Counted from the stretch's first letter, positions 26,340 through 37,740 are shown. The stretch: 64,000 nucleotides of DNA from Narcine bancroftii (GCF_036971445.1 NC_091471.1:249054001-249118000); one strand, 5' to 3'. The notes: a model not told the origin generated them from the letters alone. Program-made: numbers and translations.

Positions 26340-26643
26340 ACAGTAAAAGTCCTAAAATCTAGACTGCTCAGGGATAGGGTCGGTCTGGATTTTCAGGATT
26401 CTCGGGCAGTAATTTTAAAATTCAAATTTAAAGAGGAATGAAGAGATGAACAGGTAAATTTTGACAATTTATTCATTAGCAGATGCTTCATTTATCAAAA
26501 TGATAAGAAAAAAAGTCAACAAGCATGGTCGCTTGCCTTACGCATGCACGCACGCACGCACATGAAAGCTCACTAAACTTTAAAAGTTTAAGTTTTCGAA
26601 AAGTCCGGATTCTCAGGTAATCCAGATTTCTGGACTTCAACTG
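26340..26643. mobile_element. Tc1/mariner-like MITE; related copy at ~63323-63493
   Basis: ta-cagtaaaagtcc...ggacttcaactg inverted ends; shared tccggat subterminal motifs. Confidence 0.5.
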
Positions 26644-27428
26644 GATGAGCAAAATATAGGCACAAATTGTGATGGGCTCTGAACAGTGCAGATGTGTGGG
26701 GGTTTCAAAATGTGGCCTTGGTGCAGGCTGGGATGAGGGGGTATCATAAGGAGTGCAGGTATGTAACACAGTCTTGGAATTGCAATAGGTTCTTGATGTG
26801 GCAAAGGTGTATGATGGGGTTGGTTCACAGCACAGCACAAGTTTGGTGCCCTTAGGCAGGCAGCATTAAGTGGGTAATAGATTCATATAAATCGAAAATT
26901 GTGCTCACTCAAGATTAGGGCTGAACTAAAGTCTCGGGAATGAGATTGGAACCCCAATGTTAACTCAGGAGTGCGAGTGCTGTCTGTTCCACTGTCATCC
27001 TTTTAAGGAAGTTTAAGATTAAAATGGACAGATATGAGGGGAGGGTTTCCCTGGAGAGTAGCCATGAAGCATGTGCTGCCTCTGGTGGAGTCTGCAGGGA
27101 CTGCTGGCTTGCAGCTGATGACTCATTGGCTGGAACAGGATGTGATATGCTTTGCTCACGGTTTCTGCAATACTCTGAGGTATTTGGACCTGTTGACACC
27201 CAGCAGCTCACTGGCTAGCCATGCCAGGAATGTCGTATGAAATATGTGTTAGTGCAAGGATTCAGGGTACAGATGCGCTTTAAATACTCCAATTCACTCC
27301 ATCACAAACATTCTGCAGTAACAAGGCAAGAGTGACTGACGTTAAAAATCAGATAAAGAACTCGGAGCCACCCCAGGAAACCCGTCAACGCAAGAGTGCT
27401 TTTGTGGATAGGACTTCCACGCACTGGG

Positions 27429-27540
27429 ATGATGACATTCCCGATGCTGCTCGCATTCCTGATAGTTTTCCCCATCGCTCATCAACCAGCTGGAGGAAGT
27501 GCATCTCCAGAGACCCGCAACCTTGCACAACATCTGCCTG
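27429..27540 (+). CDS. PSPN: Persephin coding exon 1 (signal peptide); exon probably starts at acceptor 27319 with 5'UTR
   Basis: MMTFPMLLAFLIVFPIAHQPAGGSASPETRNLAQHLP has a hydrophobic leader; first ATG after in-frame TGA at 27333; G/gtaagt donor in phase 1 matches the next exon. Confidence 0.75.
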
Positions 27541-28319
27541 GTAAGTGGACGCACCCACATTAACAAGACAACTTTTAGTGACGTTTGAGAAAGAGAAGAG
27601 AGTTGCAGGTGCAAACAAATGTCAGTTTCATAGAGTGACCTATACTAACATTCATTCATCGTATAAAATATAACCCAACCAATCATTCAAGTGAGGCCAC
27701 CGTACGGTGTAATTTATTTCATACATGGGTTTTCGGCTTCATGTTCAGAGTCGGGAGGAACACGACCAGGATTATGGCTCATGCTGACTGCTGGAAACTC
27801 CCACCCACCCCTCCGCCTCCCCTCACCAACAAGAACAGGGAGCTGTTTCTACCCCTGCAGAGAATCTGCATGACATAAGCAGTGCCTGCGGTGAGGTCCC
27901 AGTGGATGTCAGCCTGCTGTTCCCTTATAAGAGGCTTCAGTAGGAGAGGGGCAAAAGATACCCAAATTTCACTCCTGGTAATTTGCACTATGCTCTCTCT
28001 CTCTCTCCCCCACCACCCTACTCAGCTTAGGAATTTAAATCCAATTAAGTAATTAAAATTTGATTTCAGTAAAGTGGCCAATCCAGTAGATTGTTGGTTG
28101 CTCCAGATTCCAGCATCTGTAACTTTCTGTGTGTCTTCACATCAGGACACCTGATGTTCCTTCTAGATTGAATCTATATCAATAACACCACACCCAGCAA
28201 TGTTGGTTCCTCATTCTAGGCAAGGACAGTAAATTATACCCCTGCCTGTGATGGCCATGTGATGATTATAGTTTCTGACTGAACTATTTGGTTGTCTGAA
28301 GAGGTAATTGCAAGATCAT

Positions 28320-28660
28320 TGAGGACCCTTTCCACCCTGCACACATCTTTCAGCTGCTCCCATCGGGAAAGAGATACAGGGGTATCAGAGCCAGCTCCAC
28401 CAAGCTGAGGAACATCTTCCCACGGACAGTGAGAATGCTGAACGATCAAAGGAACTGCTCACATTAACCACCTGAGACTCTCACGTTCACTAAACAACAT
28501 TTATTGATTTGTGTGTACAAAGACTTGTCCTGCATACGTATTGTTTGTCTGTATGTGCATTATATCTGGTGGTGTGCCTGCGTGTTTTGCACTGAGGACC
28601 GGAGAACACTGTTTCGTCGGGTTCTACTTGTGCAATCAGATGTTAATAAGCTCGACTTTA
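28320..28660 (+). mobile_element. Rex/Babar-like LINE 3' end in the PSPN intron
   Basis: Similar to 40060-40380 (cacatctttcag..gggaaagagatacagg..cagtgagaatgctgaac). Confidence 0.65.
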
Positions 28661-28693
28661 CAAATTAATTTGCTGATTTCCCTCCCCACCCAG

Positions 28694-29169
28694 AGAATGG
28701 AGCTAACATCCTCCAAGAATCCAACCAGGAGGCAGATGGAGAATTCATAGTTTCACCATCTTCCAGGCCAGTCTCATCACTTGAAGCACAAGAACCACGA
28801 TCGTACTCGGGGAGGTCACGCAGAAAGCGGAAAATGTTTGTGATGAGGAGAGGGGAGGTGTGGGAGCAGAACTGCAGGTTGCGATCCTTGCATCTGCAGG
28901 TACAGGATCTGGGACTGGGTTACCAATCCGATGAAGTCGTCCCTTTCAACTACTGCAGCGGCAGCTGCCCCCTGGCCCGGACCAATCACGACCTCACCCT
29001 CTCCCTGCTCCTGCGCAAGGCTGACCTCCTTGACCTGTCCCGGGAGAAGATTATTAGTGACCCCTGCTGTCGGCCTGTACAGTTCCGGGATGTCACCTTC
29101 CTGGACACGAACAATCACTGGCAAAGAGTTGAGAAGCTGTCTGCTGCAGAGTGCAGCTGCATTGGGTAA
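28694..29169 (+). CDS. PSPN: GDNF-family ligand, persephin, coding exon 2 (prodomain, furin site, cystine knot)
   Basis: RSRRKR site; seven Cys with LGLGY..YCSGSC..PCCRP..FLD..LSAAECSC GDNF-family motifs; GTF2F1-PSPN-ALKBH7 order and orientation as in human. Confidence 0.85.
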
Positions 29170-29934
29170 CTGCATGGGGGGGGGGGGGGGGAGTGGGGTG
29201 GGGGGGTTAGGGAAACCAAAGCAGGACTGAATAGGAGGCAAATTCTTGTGCTGGTTGTGGGTGAACAGGTCAGTGTGTGGACATCATATGCAAATCCTCT
29301 TCCCCAAAGCAAGGGGTAAATGACTGATATTGGTCCTGGGGAGAGTGGTTGAAGGGGAGGGGTTGCTGAGTGTTGTGGTAGTATCACAACAGTCAAGCCC
29401 CCCCCCCCACCCTGTGGAGCAACCTCTGGATCTGGTGCACATCCCACATCTCCCTTCCGCACCAAGTTACTCCCCTCCACCGAGTGGTCCACCAGAAGCC
29501 CTGAGCACCCTGGCCGGCTGCATGAAGTGGGTGGAGGGCTCACAATCAGTAAGCTGCTCCCATTCTGCATCAGTACGACCAAATACATCTGTCCTGTCCA
29601 CCTGCACAGAGACACTCAAATAGGGGGAGCAGGCATACATTCCTGAAACACAGCGAAAGTTAGATGCTATAGTGGGCCCAAGGGTTTCAGAGAGGGGTTG
29701 GGGTGTTCAAGTCGATCCTTTAGAGAATTAAAGACTTTCTCTTGCCTGTTAAACTGCAGCTAAGCTCATTCTTGTAAATTTGAAGTATTTATACTGAAGC
29801 TCTGGTCATTCGTATTTAACATTTCTGTTCTCTGTGATGAGGCCATTTGATGTTTGGGGTGTTGAATTTGGAGAGGAAGTAAGCTGGAAGCTGAGATTGC
29901 TCATATTGTCAGAAATATTTATGCGTTTAAATTA

Positions 29935-29977
29935 TTTATTTATTTTAAAAGAATGCTATTAAATGCTTGGATTTATT
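29935..29977 (-). terminator. Candidate ALKBH7 poly(A) signals
   Basis: tttatt (AATAAA on -) at 29935, 29939 and 29972, ~165-205 nt past the ALKBH7 stop. Confidence 0.55.
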
Positions 29978-29988
29978 CATTCTAACCA

Positions 29989-29994
29989 AATAAA
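29989..29994 (+). terminator. Candidate PSPN poly(A) signal
   Basis: AATAAA after an AU-rich tract, followed by GT-rich sequence. Confidence 0.55.
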
Positions 29995-30140
29995 GAATGC
30001 TGAAGTGATGGCCTGGAGTGTGGTTATTGTGAGCAGGTGTTGAGCGAGACGGAGAAATTGCCAAACTCGAAGCACAGCTGACGGGTTAGAATAATTTATG
30101 GATTGGTTGTGCACATTACCGTGGCTTGCCAGAGTGCTGA

Positions 30141-30273
30141 TCAGTCTGACCTGATCCTGGGCAGGTTCCTGCAGATGACCGAGATCCGCCGATCACGAGG
30201 TACCTTCAGCCCTCCGAAGAACGACTCTTCCTCTCTCAGGATCTGGTGGCTGAATTGGTATCGAGCAGCACCC
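30141..30273 (-). CDS. ALKBH7: ALKBH7 exon 4
   Basis: [38 protein letters not shown]; distal His and RISVICR 2-oxoglutarate-binding motif. Confidence 0.95.
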
Positions 30274-30513
30274 CTGTAAAACATATCAGGTGGTGGTAGT
30301 GAAGGGAAAGACCCTCCTGATCCCAACAGCTGTTCCCTCCCAGACTTCCTTCCCCTTTTTACAACCCACATTATCCTTTCTTCTCTCGCACTCAGACACA
30401 TCTCACCTCTCCCACGTATCCTCCCTCTCCCATTCCCTACACACCCTACTTTCTTTCCTCCTCGTCCCAATCCTCCTGATCCTCCATTCCTTGTGCCTCC
30501 CTCTGCTACTCAC

Positions 30514-30638
30514 CTCAGGATGTAGGCAGACCGGCGCTGCAGCAGTAAATCCACTCGATCCTGCATGCCATCTTCGCTCAATAATCGCATCACGCTGTCC
30601 GACAACAGGCACAGACCAGCAATTGTATCCCCGCAGAA
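30514..30638 (-). CDS. ALKBH7: ALKBH7 exon 3
   Basis: FCGDTIAGLCLLSDSVMRLL..DLLLQRRSAYILR; ag/gtgagt; phase 0-2. Confidence 0.93.
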
Positions 30639-31619
30639 CTTTGTGGGAGAGAGGGGTGTTGACAGGTAACTCATGACAGAACAAGCACTGCTCCTTCACA
30701 CACACCCAGACAACCAGATGCGCATACACTCAGTCAAAATCTATTCAAAAAACATTTTTAGAAGAAATTCGACTGCACACAAGATGTGAACTGTAACAAA
30801 ATGTTCTGAAAGGAAGAATGAGAAAAAAATAAAGCTAATGCTACAAAATCAATGGGGAGAATCGACAGGTATACGCGTGTCTGTGTATATGTGTGTTTCA
30901 AGGAAAATATAGGAACAATGAAGTGATAAACAGAGGTCATTGGAAAAATGTGTCAGGGCAAGGATAAAATGGGGAAAGGTTAAAATTGGAGTTAAAGAAA
31001 GAGGGGGACCACTTAAGAGGAAGTGTAGTAATGTGATATAACTAAGGCAAAATAAAGTTTTGTCTTCACCAGAGGACAGAAAGAGATTGATAAACGATCA
31101 CAGATATTGATGAAGATTAAAATCACTAGCTGAGGGTGAAGGTGACAGATAACACTCAAGGCTAACACGTCACTGGTACTCTTTTGGATTCATCCTGTGT
31201 TGCAAAGGGAATCTTCTGTGGCTCCAGCTCTGAGCACAACCCTCAACTCTTTCTTGGATACAGGAGGTGATTGACCAATACTGCGATGTCAGAGAAACAG
31301 AGGCAGAGAACAGTGAATGGAAATGTTTCTGATCAGAGAGGGGTGTTCAATTAGCCCTATGGACAGTACTTGGGCCACTGCTTTCTTGCTGAACTTGTTC
31401 AACCTGAACTTGCTTGTATTTGGGGAGCAAAATTGAGAATGCCAATTAAACAAAATCTGGCATGTACCAAATAGCAGAGGATTGGAGCACATTTGAGAAG
31501 CATCCAGTCTGATGAAATGAGAACACCTAACTCAAAGAATTTAATGCTGATAAGTGTGGGGGTAAACATGGTGAGACAAAAGACAGAAGTTAGATGAAGG
31601 AAATGCTGTGGATTTTAGT

Positions 31620-32190
31620 AAAGCCTTTGACAAGATCCCACATGGGAGGTTGATGATCCAAATTTGGAATATTGTGTGCAGTTCTGGTTGGCTAACTATA
31701 AGAAGGATATCAGCAAGATTGAGAGAGTGCAGAGAAGATTTACTAGGATGTTGCCCGGTCTTTAGGAGTTGAGTTACAGGAAAAGATTAAACAGGTTACG
31801 AATTTATTCCTTGGAGGGAAGAAGAATGAGGGGAGATTTGATAAAGGTTTACAAGAGTATGAGAGGTATAGACAGTGGATGTGAGTAGGCTTTTTGCACT
31901 GAGATTGGGTGAGATAAATACGAGGGGTCATAGTTTTTAGCTGAACGGAGAAAGGTTTAGGGGGAACATGAGGGGAAAGTTCTTCACTCAGAGAGTGGAG
32001 AGAGTGTGGAATAAGCTGCCATCTGATGTGGTGAAGGCGGGCTCGATCTTGAGTAAATCAATTCATGGATAGGAGAGGTCTGGAGAGTTATGGAGTGGAA
32101 GAAGGTCATTGGGACAAACGAAATAGTGGTCGTCATAGACTAGAAGAGCTGAATAGCCTATTCTCTGTGCTGTAGCATTCTATGGTTCTA
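31620..32190 (+). mobile_element. CR1 LINE 3' fragment
   Basis: [30 protein letters not shown] motifs; ttctatgg tail. Confidence 0.8.
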
Positions 32191-33116
32191 TCAGTGGATC
32201 CCAAACCTTTAGAATAAAGCCTCTCTAGTTTACGCTCAATATGAATCGCCCTCTTCCCTTGCCCACAATAAGCAGGCTGCTCCTTTGAAGAAGCTGAGGT
32301 GTTTCTCCCTGGAACCGCTGAGCCAAATATAATTTATTCATTTTTGCTATTAATGTCAACTTATTAATTATGGATGGAACAGTGAGGCAGTTGGCAATGC
32401 TGATGTTGCATGGATCCAGAAATCTGGGTTCCCAGGTGGAACTTCCAGCACCTCAATCCTGACCTCCAGCACAGATCTGTGATGTTTTTACTTTCTCCCA
32501 GTGACCGTGTGGCTTTCCCCACCCCCACCAGTTCCCTCCCACATGCCAAAGATGTAACTGGCCACTGCAAATTTTCCCTAGTGTGTGGGGGTGGGTAGAA
32601 CTGAGCTCATTAGGAATGTGGAAAGAATAAAATGGGCTCAGTGAAGGATTCGTGTGAGTCCAGAAGGCACATATCCGTGCTGCCTCTATCACTCTAAACT
32701 GGTATTAAAGCTTCCATAATCTTTGCTCCCTCCCCACCCTTCAAAGTTGAGAACCACTCATCTGATGGCCTTATTCTGAGTTGCAAAATGGGCAGACTGA
32801 CAAAATTGAGAATAAATTCTGCAAAATATTTGACTTGTTTGAGACACGTTGCCATTGTTTACAAGGAATTTAAGCTAAACTGAGCAAACCTCTGACCAGG
32901 TCCCACCTGGGAAACAGAATATCCACATGTGCAAATATACAGAGGCAATTTTCTGCGAATATATCAGGGTGAGGGGGTTTCAGCTTTTGAGTAAGATTGG
33001 ATAGATCAAGTCAACACAAGGATGGGTCAAATGGACACGATAGATTGAAAGGGGGAGGGTAAAAGAAAGAAGAGTCCAACATGTATCAAGATGGAGCCAA
33101 AATGTCAGTCACTAAC

Positions 33117-33290
33117 CTTCACACTGTCCACATGAGGGTCAATGAAGCCAGTCTTGTCGAGGTCCAGCACGTGCACCATTGAGAGCTGGGGTACCCCTGG
33201 GGGGAAGGCAATATCCCGTAGTCGCTGCAGGATGGCTTTGTTTTGCTCCATCCACTGGGACTTTTCAATCTCTCGATATCCGTGGATTGC
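33117..33290 (-). CDS. ALKBH7: ALKBH7 exon 2
   Basis: [33 protein letters not shown] with the HxD iron motif; 174 nt, phase 0-0. Confidence 0.93.
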
Positions 33291-33752
33291 CTCACATCAG
33301 TTAACACAGTAAAAAGTCATCATTCAAAACTCTGAATCGTTCACAGGAGAACATACTTCACAAAATAATTAAGGAAAGAGAGTGTGGCACAATTACAATG
33401 TTTAACCTTTTGGACTCCGTGTCCTGATTTTCAGGGACTATCAATAAGCATATATACTCTGTGTCCTGATTTTAAGGGATTACCAATAAGCGCATATACT
33501 CCATGTCCCCGTTTTCCAGGTCCGATTTTAAATTTAATTAAAAAAATTTTTTAGACATACTGCACAGAAACAGGCCCTTTTGGCCCACAAGCCTGTGCCG
33601 CCCAATTACACCCAATTGACCTACAACTCCTGGTATGTTTTTGAATGGTGGGAGGAAACCAGAGACCCCAGGGAAAACCCATGCAGACACAAGGAGACCG
33701 TACAAACTCCTTACAGACAGCTCCCAATTGCTGTGCTGTAATAGAGTTGTGG

Positions 33753-34413
33753 TAAGCGTATACAGCGTATACAGAGCCGTTGTCATACCCACACTCCTGT
33801 TCGGCTCCGAATCATGGGTCCTCTACCGGCACCACCTACGGCTCCTAGAACGCTTCCACCAGCGTTGTCTCCGCTCCATCCTCAACATCCATTGGAGCGC
33901 TCACACCCCTAACGTCGAGGTACTCGAGATGGCAGAGGTCGACAGCATCGAGTCCACGCTGCTGAAGATCCAGCTGCGCTGGATGGGTCACGTCTCCAGA
34001 ATGGAGGACCATCGCCTTCCCAAGATCGTATTATATGGCGAGCTCTCCACTGGCCACCGTGACAGAGGTGCACCAAAGAAAAGGTACAAGGACTGCCTAA
34101 AGAAATCTCTTGGTGCCTGCCACATTGACCACCGCCAGTGGGCTGATAACGCCTCAAACCGTGCATCTTGGCGCCTCACAGTTTGGCGGGCAGCAGCCTC
34201 CTTTGAAGAAGACCGCAGAGCCCACCTCACTGACAAAAGGCAAAGGAGGAAAAACCCAACACCCAACCCCAACCAACCAATTTTCCCTTGCAACCGCTGC
34301 AATCGTGTCTGCCTGTCCCGCATCGGACTGGTCAGCCACAAACGAGCCTGCAGCTGACGTGGACTTTTTACCCCCTCCATAAATCTTCGTCCGCGAAGCC
34401 AAGCCAAAGAAAG
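33753..34413 (+). mobile_element. Second young RTE LINE copy, 5'-truncated, inserted into a SINE in ALKBH7 intron 1
   Basis: Nearly identical to 14768-15418; same 3' end cgaagccaagccaaagaa. Confidence 0.92.
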
Positions 34414-34609
34414 AACCACTATACTAACTGTGCCACCCCAAACCACCAGATATTTCGTATTCGTGTTCATGCTGTCGTTTACGCACGGACACAGTCCGGA
34501 ATATACATTATGAAAGGTTAAAAATGGTTGGAGTCCAAAAGGTTTCCATCACCTATAACATGATCACAATGCCAAACACATCTTCCCTGCTCCTTCTCTT
34601 TCTGTCTCC

Positions 34610-35745
34610 TGCAGGGGCTGCTCCCTCCGTGACTCTTGGCCACATCACTTCCCACTCACCCACCCCATTGGCATCTTCCCCTGTGACCACAGGAAGTGCC
34701 ACACGTGCCCACACCTCCTCCCTCACCACCATTCGGGGTCCAAAACAGTCCTTCCAAGTGAAGCAACATTTCATGTGAATCAGTGGGAAATGTCTATGGC
34801 ATCCCGTGCTCCCTTTGCGACCTTCTCTACATCAGATACTGGACGCAGAATGGGAGATCACTTTGCTGAGCACCTTCGCTCCGTCTGCATCAATGACATG
34901 GATCTCCCAGTGATCAACCATATCAATTCAGTGCCCCACTCCTGCACTGACATGACTGATCATAGTCCATTGCACTGCCAAACCAAGATCGACTGTAAAT
35001 TGAGGAACACCTAACATTCTGTCTGCACACTCTACATTATCGTTGACTTCTCCAATTTCTGCTGGACCATTCCCTGTTCTCCCTCTCTTCCCCAAGCCTG
35101 TCTCCTTTCCTCCAGCTCTCCACCCCCCCCCTTCCCTCTCCATTTACAGAACAATTCCTCCTCCCCGTTTGCTGGTGTGCCCACCCTCCCTTATCCACTT
35201 GTAACCTCCTGCCTGTGACATGGTGCTCCTCCCTGTTTGCTGGTGTGTCCACACTCCCTTATCCACATTACTTCCTCCCTGTGTGACTGCCCATGTTGCC
35301 CACCCTCTCTCCCCGTTTGCCAGTGTGCCCACCCTCCCTTATCCACTTGTAACCTCCTGCCTGTGACATGGTGCTCCTCCCTCTGTTTGCTGGTGTGTCC
35401 ACACTCCCTTATCCACATTACTTCCTCCCTGTGTGACTGCTCATGTTGCCCACCCTCTCTCCCCGTTTGCCAGTGTGCCCACCCTCCCCTATCCACTCGT
35501 TACCTCCTGCCTGTGGGACTGTACCCCTCCTCTCAACATATTATTCAAGCACTTGCCCACATGTTGCTCAGACCTTGGTGAAGTTGGTGATGCATATTTA
35601 TCTCTGCTATATAAAATGCCCTGCTTGGCCTACTGAGTTTTGTCCAGCATTGTGCTTTTATTTCAGTCCCAGCGTCTGCAGAGTGTGCTGTTTTACCCTC
35701 CCTACTGCAGATTTTGCTCAGACCTTGGTGACGGGCTCAAGCCCG
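34610..35745 (+). mobile_element. Penelope-like element 3' part (GIY-YIG endonuclease remnant, tandem repeat, terminal repeat)
   Basis: TSSLTTIRGPKQSFQVKQHF, GRRMGDHFAEHLRSVC..LPVINH motifs; terminal repeat at 35540-35745. Confidence 0.75.
35161..35518. repeat. Tandem array A-B-A-B-A with ~148-150 bp period
   Basis: ctccccgtttgc recurs at 35161, 35309 and 35459; alternating related ~70-80 bp monomers. Confidence 0.9.
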
Positions 35746-35804
35746 AAGCTTTAGTTCACTGTTCTCCAGCCATTTTTCCAATGACTGTGTTGCTGCGACC
35801 CTAC

Positions 35805-36068
35805 CTGGTCCCAGTGGTCCCGTTGGTAACGCTGCCGTTGGAGCCGGGGCTCCAGCTCTCGCATCAGCGCCGCTTCCTCGGCCGGGCTGACGAAGCCGGG
35901 CCTCAGCTCCACGTCCCCGGACAACCGCTGGAGCAGCGCCGGGCTGGAGCCCAACATCAACCGCAGACCCGCGTCTCCGTGAAGCCTGTGGGGGCACAAG
36001 AGGAAGCCCCGCGGCCTCAGCGACTTGCTCCGGCCCAGGGGCCGAAAGCACAAGCCCCAGGGACTCAT
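35805..36068 (-). CDS. ALKBH7: ALKBH7 exon 1 (Arg-rich mitochondrial-targeting-like N-terminus)
   Basis: MSPWGLCFRPLGRSKSLRPRG..GFVSPAEEAALMRELEPRLQRQRYQRDHWDQ/gtag; start codon choice less certain. Confidence 0.88.
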
Positions 36069-36122
36069 GACCCTCCCCGGGAAGGGCAAGTCGCAGATAG
36101 GAATCACGTCCGACCTATCGGT

Positions 36123-36168
36123 GCCGCCATCTTGGACCCAGACGGCAGTATAGGTCCAGCGCATGCGC
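36123..36168 (-). promoter_or_regulatory. ALKBH7 CpG-rich promoter: YY1/TISU motif and NRF1 palindrome
   Basis: CAAGATGGCGGC (36134-36123, -) and GCGCATGCGC (36159-36168). Confidence 0.7.
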
Positions 36169-37049
36169 AGCACAGTGCACCCTCCAATTTGGGAATTCCA
36201 GCCGTTCAGCCCATCGAGACAATGGTAGCTCTTAGAGCAGTCCATCCGGAATCGGACCCAGGGAGCATCTCACAGCCCTTCTACCTCCGATGGATGCTGT
36301 GTGACATGCTGAATTTCTCCAGAATGTTCGCGGGCTGAAATCCAGTATATCTATTCTTTTTTTATAATTTTTTTAATTTAATACTTCACCGTGAACCAAA
36401 CATTCATCATTAAGATACATACAGTGACATTTTTACTTTTTTCCACCCTCCCCACCCCTTACAACAGAGCAAGAATAAAAGAAAGAAGAAAAATAAACAA
36501 TAAAAGAACACAAAAGAAGAAAAAGAAAGAAATCATGATAAGCTACAAGTACAAAAATACTTAAATATGGAATTTTGTACAGTAAATCTATTCAATATTT
36601 TTTTCCAACAGCTCTCAGGTTCTTGAAGGCCTGATACTGCCTTAATCACAAATTATTCTGAACACCACTTTTTCATTGCACTACCTCGAACCCACGAAGC
36701 AGATTCAATGGGCCGATGGGCCTACTCCTGCTCCTATATCTGTGAACCTTGAATATTTATCCACTGCTGCCACAAAACAACAAATTTCTCGACAATAAAT
36801 CTGATTCATTGATTATGTATCTGTGAAACAAGAAAGTCTGCAGACACTTTATGCATCTGTAGATAAAGATTTATCATCTATAATTTTAGTACCTCTGATA
36901 TTAATCCTTTATTGTCCATACATTGTGCAATGGACATATGCACCAACATTCTTGCAGCAGATGGACAGGTATCTTGTTAAAAAAAATCCAAAAAACTAAA
37001 ATAACAACTACAATGGTTAATGGGACAATTCTTAATTCTGGATTCTTAA

Positions 37050-37740
37050 GTGTGGAAGAACAAAGTGACCTTGGGTCCCAAATTTATCAGAAATCACAGA
37101 TCTCTCAAGGTTGCCATGCAGGTTGATGGGTTGGTTGAGAAGGTTTATGGTATGCTGGCCTTCATTAGTCGAGGGATTGAGTTCAAGAGCGGTAAGGTGA
37201 TGTTGGCAGCTCTGATACTGCCTTAATCACAAAGTGAGTCCACACTTGAAATGTTGTGTTCCGAGCTGGTCGCCTCGTTTCAGGAAGGAGGTTTTGGAGA
37301 GGGTGTAGAGGTGATTAACCAGGATGTTGTCTGGATTGGAGAATGTGTCTCATGAGGCAAGGTTTACAAAAGCTTTTCCCTTTGGAGCGAAGAGGAATGA
37401 GAGATTACTTAATAGAGGTCTACAGATTATAAGAGGCATAGATAGGGTGAACAACCAGCACCTTATAGCCAGGACTATAGTACAAATACCAAAGAACAAC
37501 TGCATAAGGTGAGGGGAGGAAAGTTTAGGGGGCTATACATAGTGTAGTGGGTGCCTGGAATACATGGCTGGGGGTAGTGGTGGTAGAGGCTGGTACAATA
37601 GGGACTTTTAAAAGATTCTTAGACAGGCACAAGGATGCAAGAGAAATAGAGAGTTATGGGTGTGATTGTTTCGTCGGTTTAAATTGGTCCGAACAACATC
37701 GTGGGCTGAAGGGCCTGAACTCTGCTGTAATGTTCTAATG
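37050..37740 (+). mobile_element. CR1 LINE 3' fragment
   Basis: VEEQSDLG, ttggagagggtg..accaggatgttg CR1 ORF2 remnants. Confidence 0.7.

Noticed and set aside
33635-34357. 240-aa ORF as a domesticated SINE-RTE fusion gene
   Set aside because: Young truncated RTE inserted in frame by chance into a SINE; antisense within an intron
35161-35518. CRISPR-like repeat-spacer pattern
   Set aside because: The spacers are themselves repeated, the context is eukaryotic, and there are no cas genes
33291-35804. ALKBH7 intron 1 as a U12-type intron (ttaac close to the acceptor)
   Set aside because: Donor is GTAGGG, not the U12 RTATCCTT consensus
35640-36338. 232-aa ORF antisense to ALKBH7 exon 1
   Set aside because: GC-rich shadow frame starting in a repeat, with no recognisable domain
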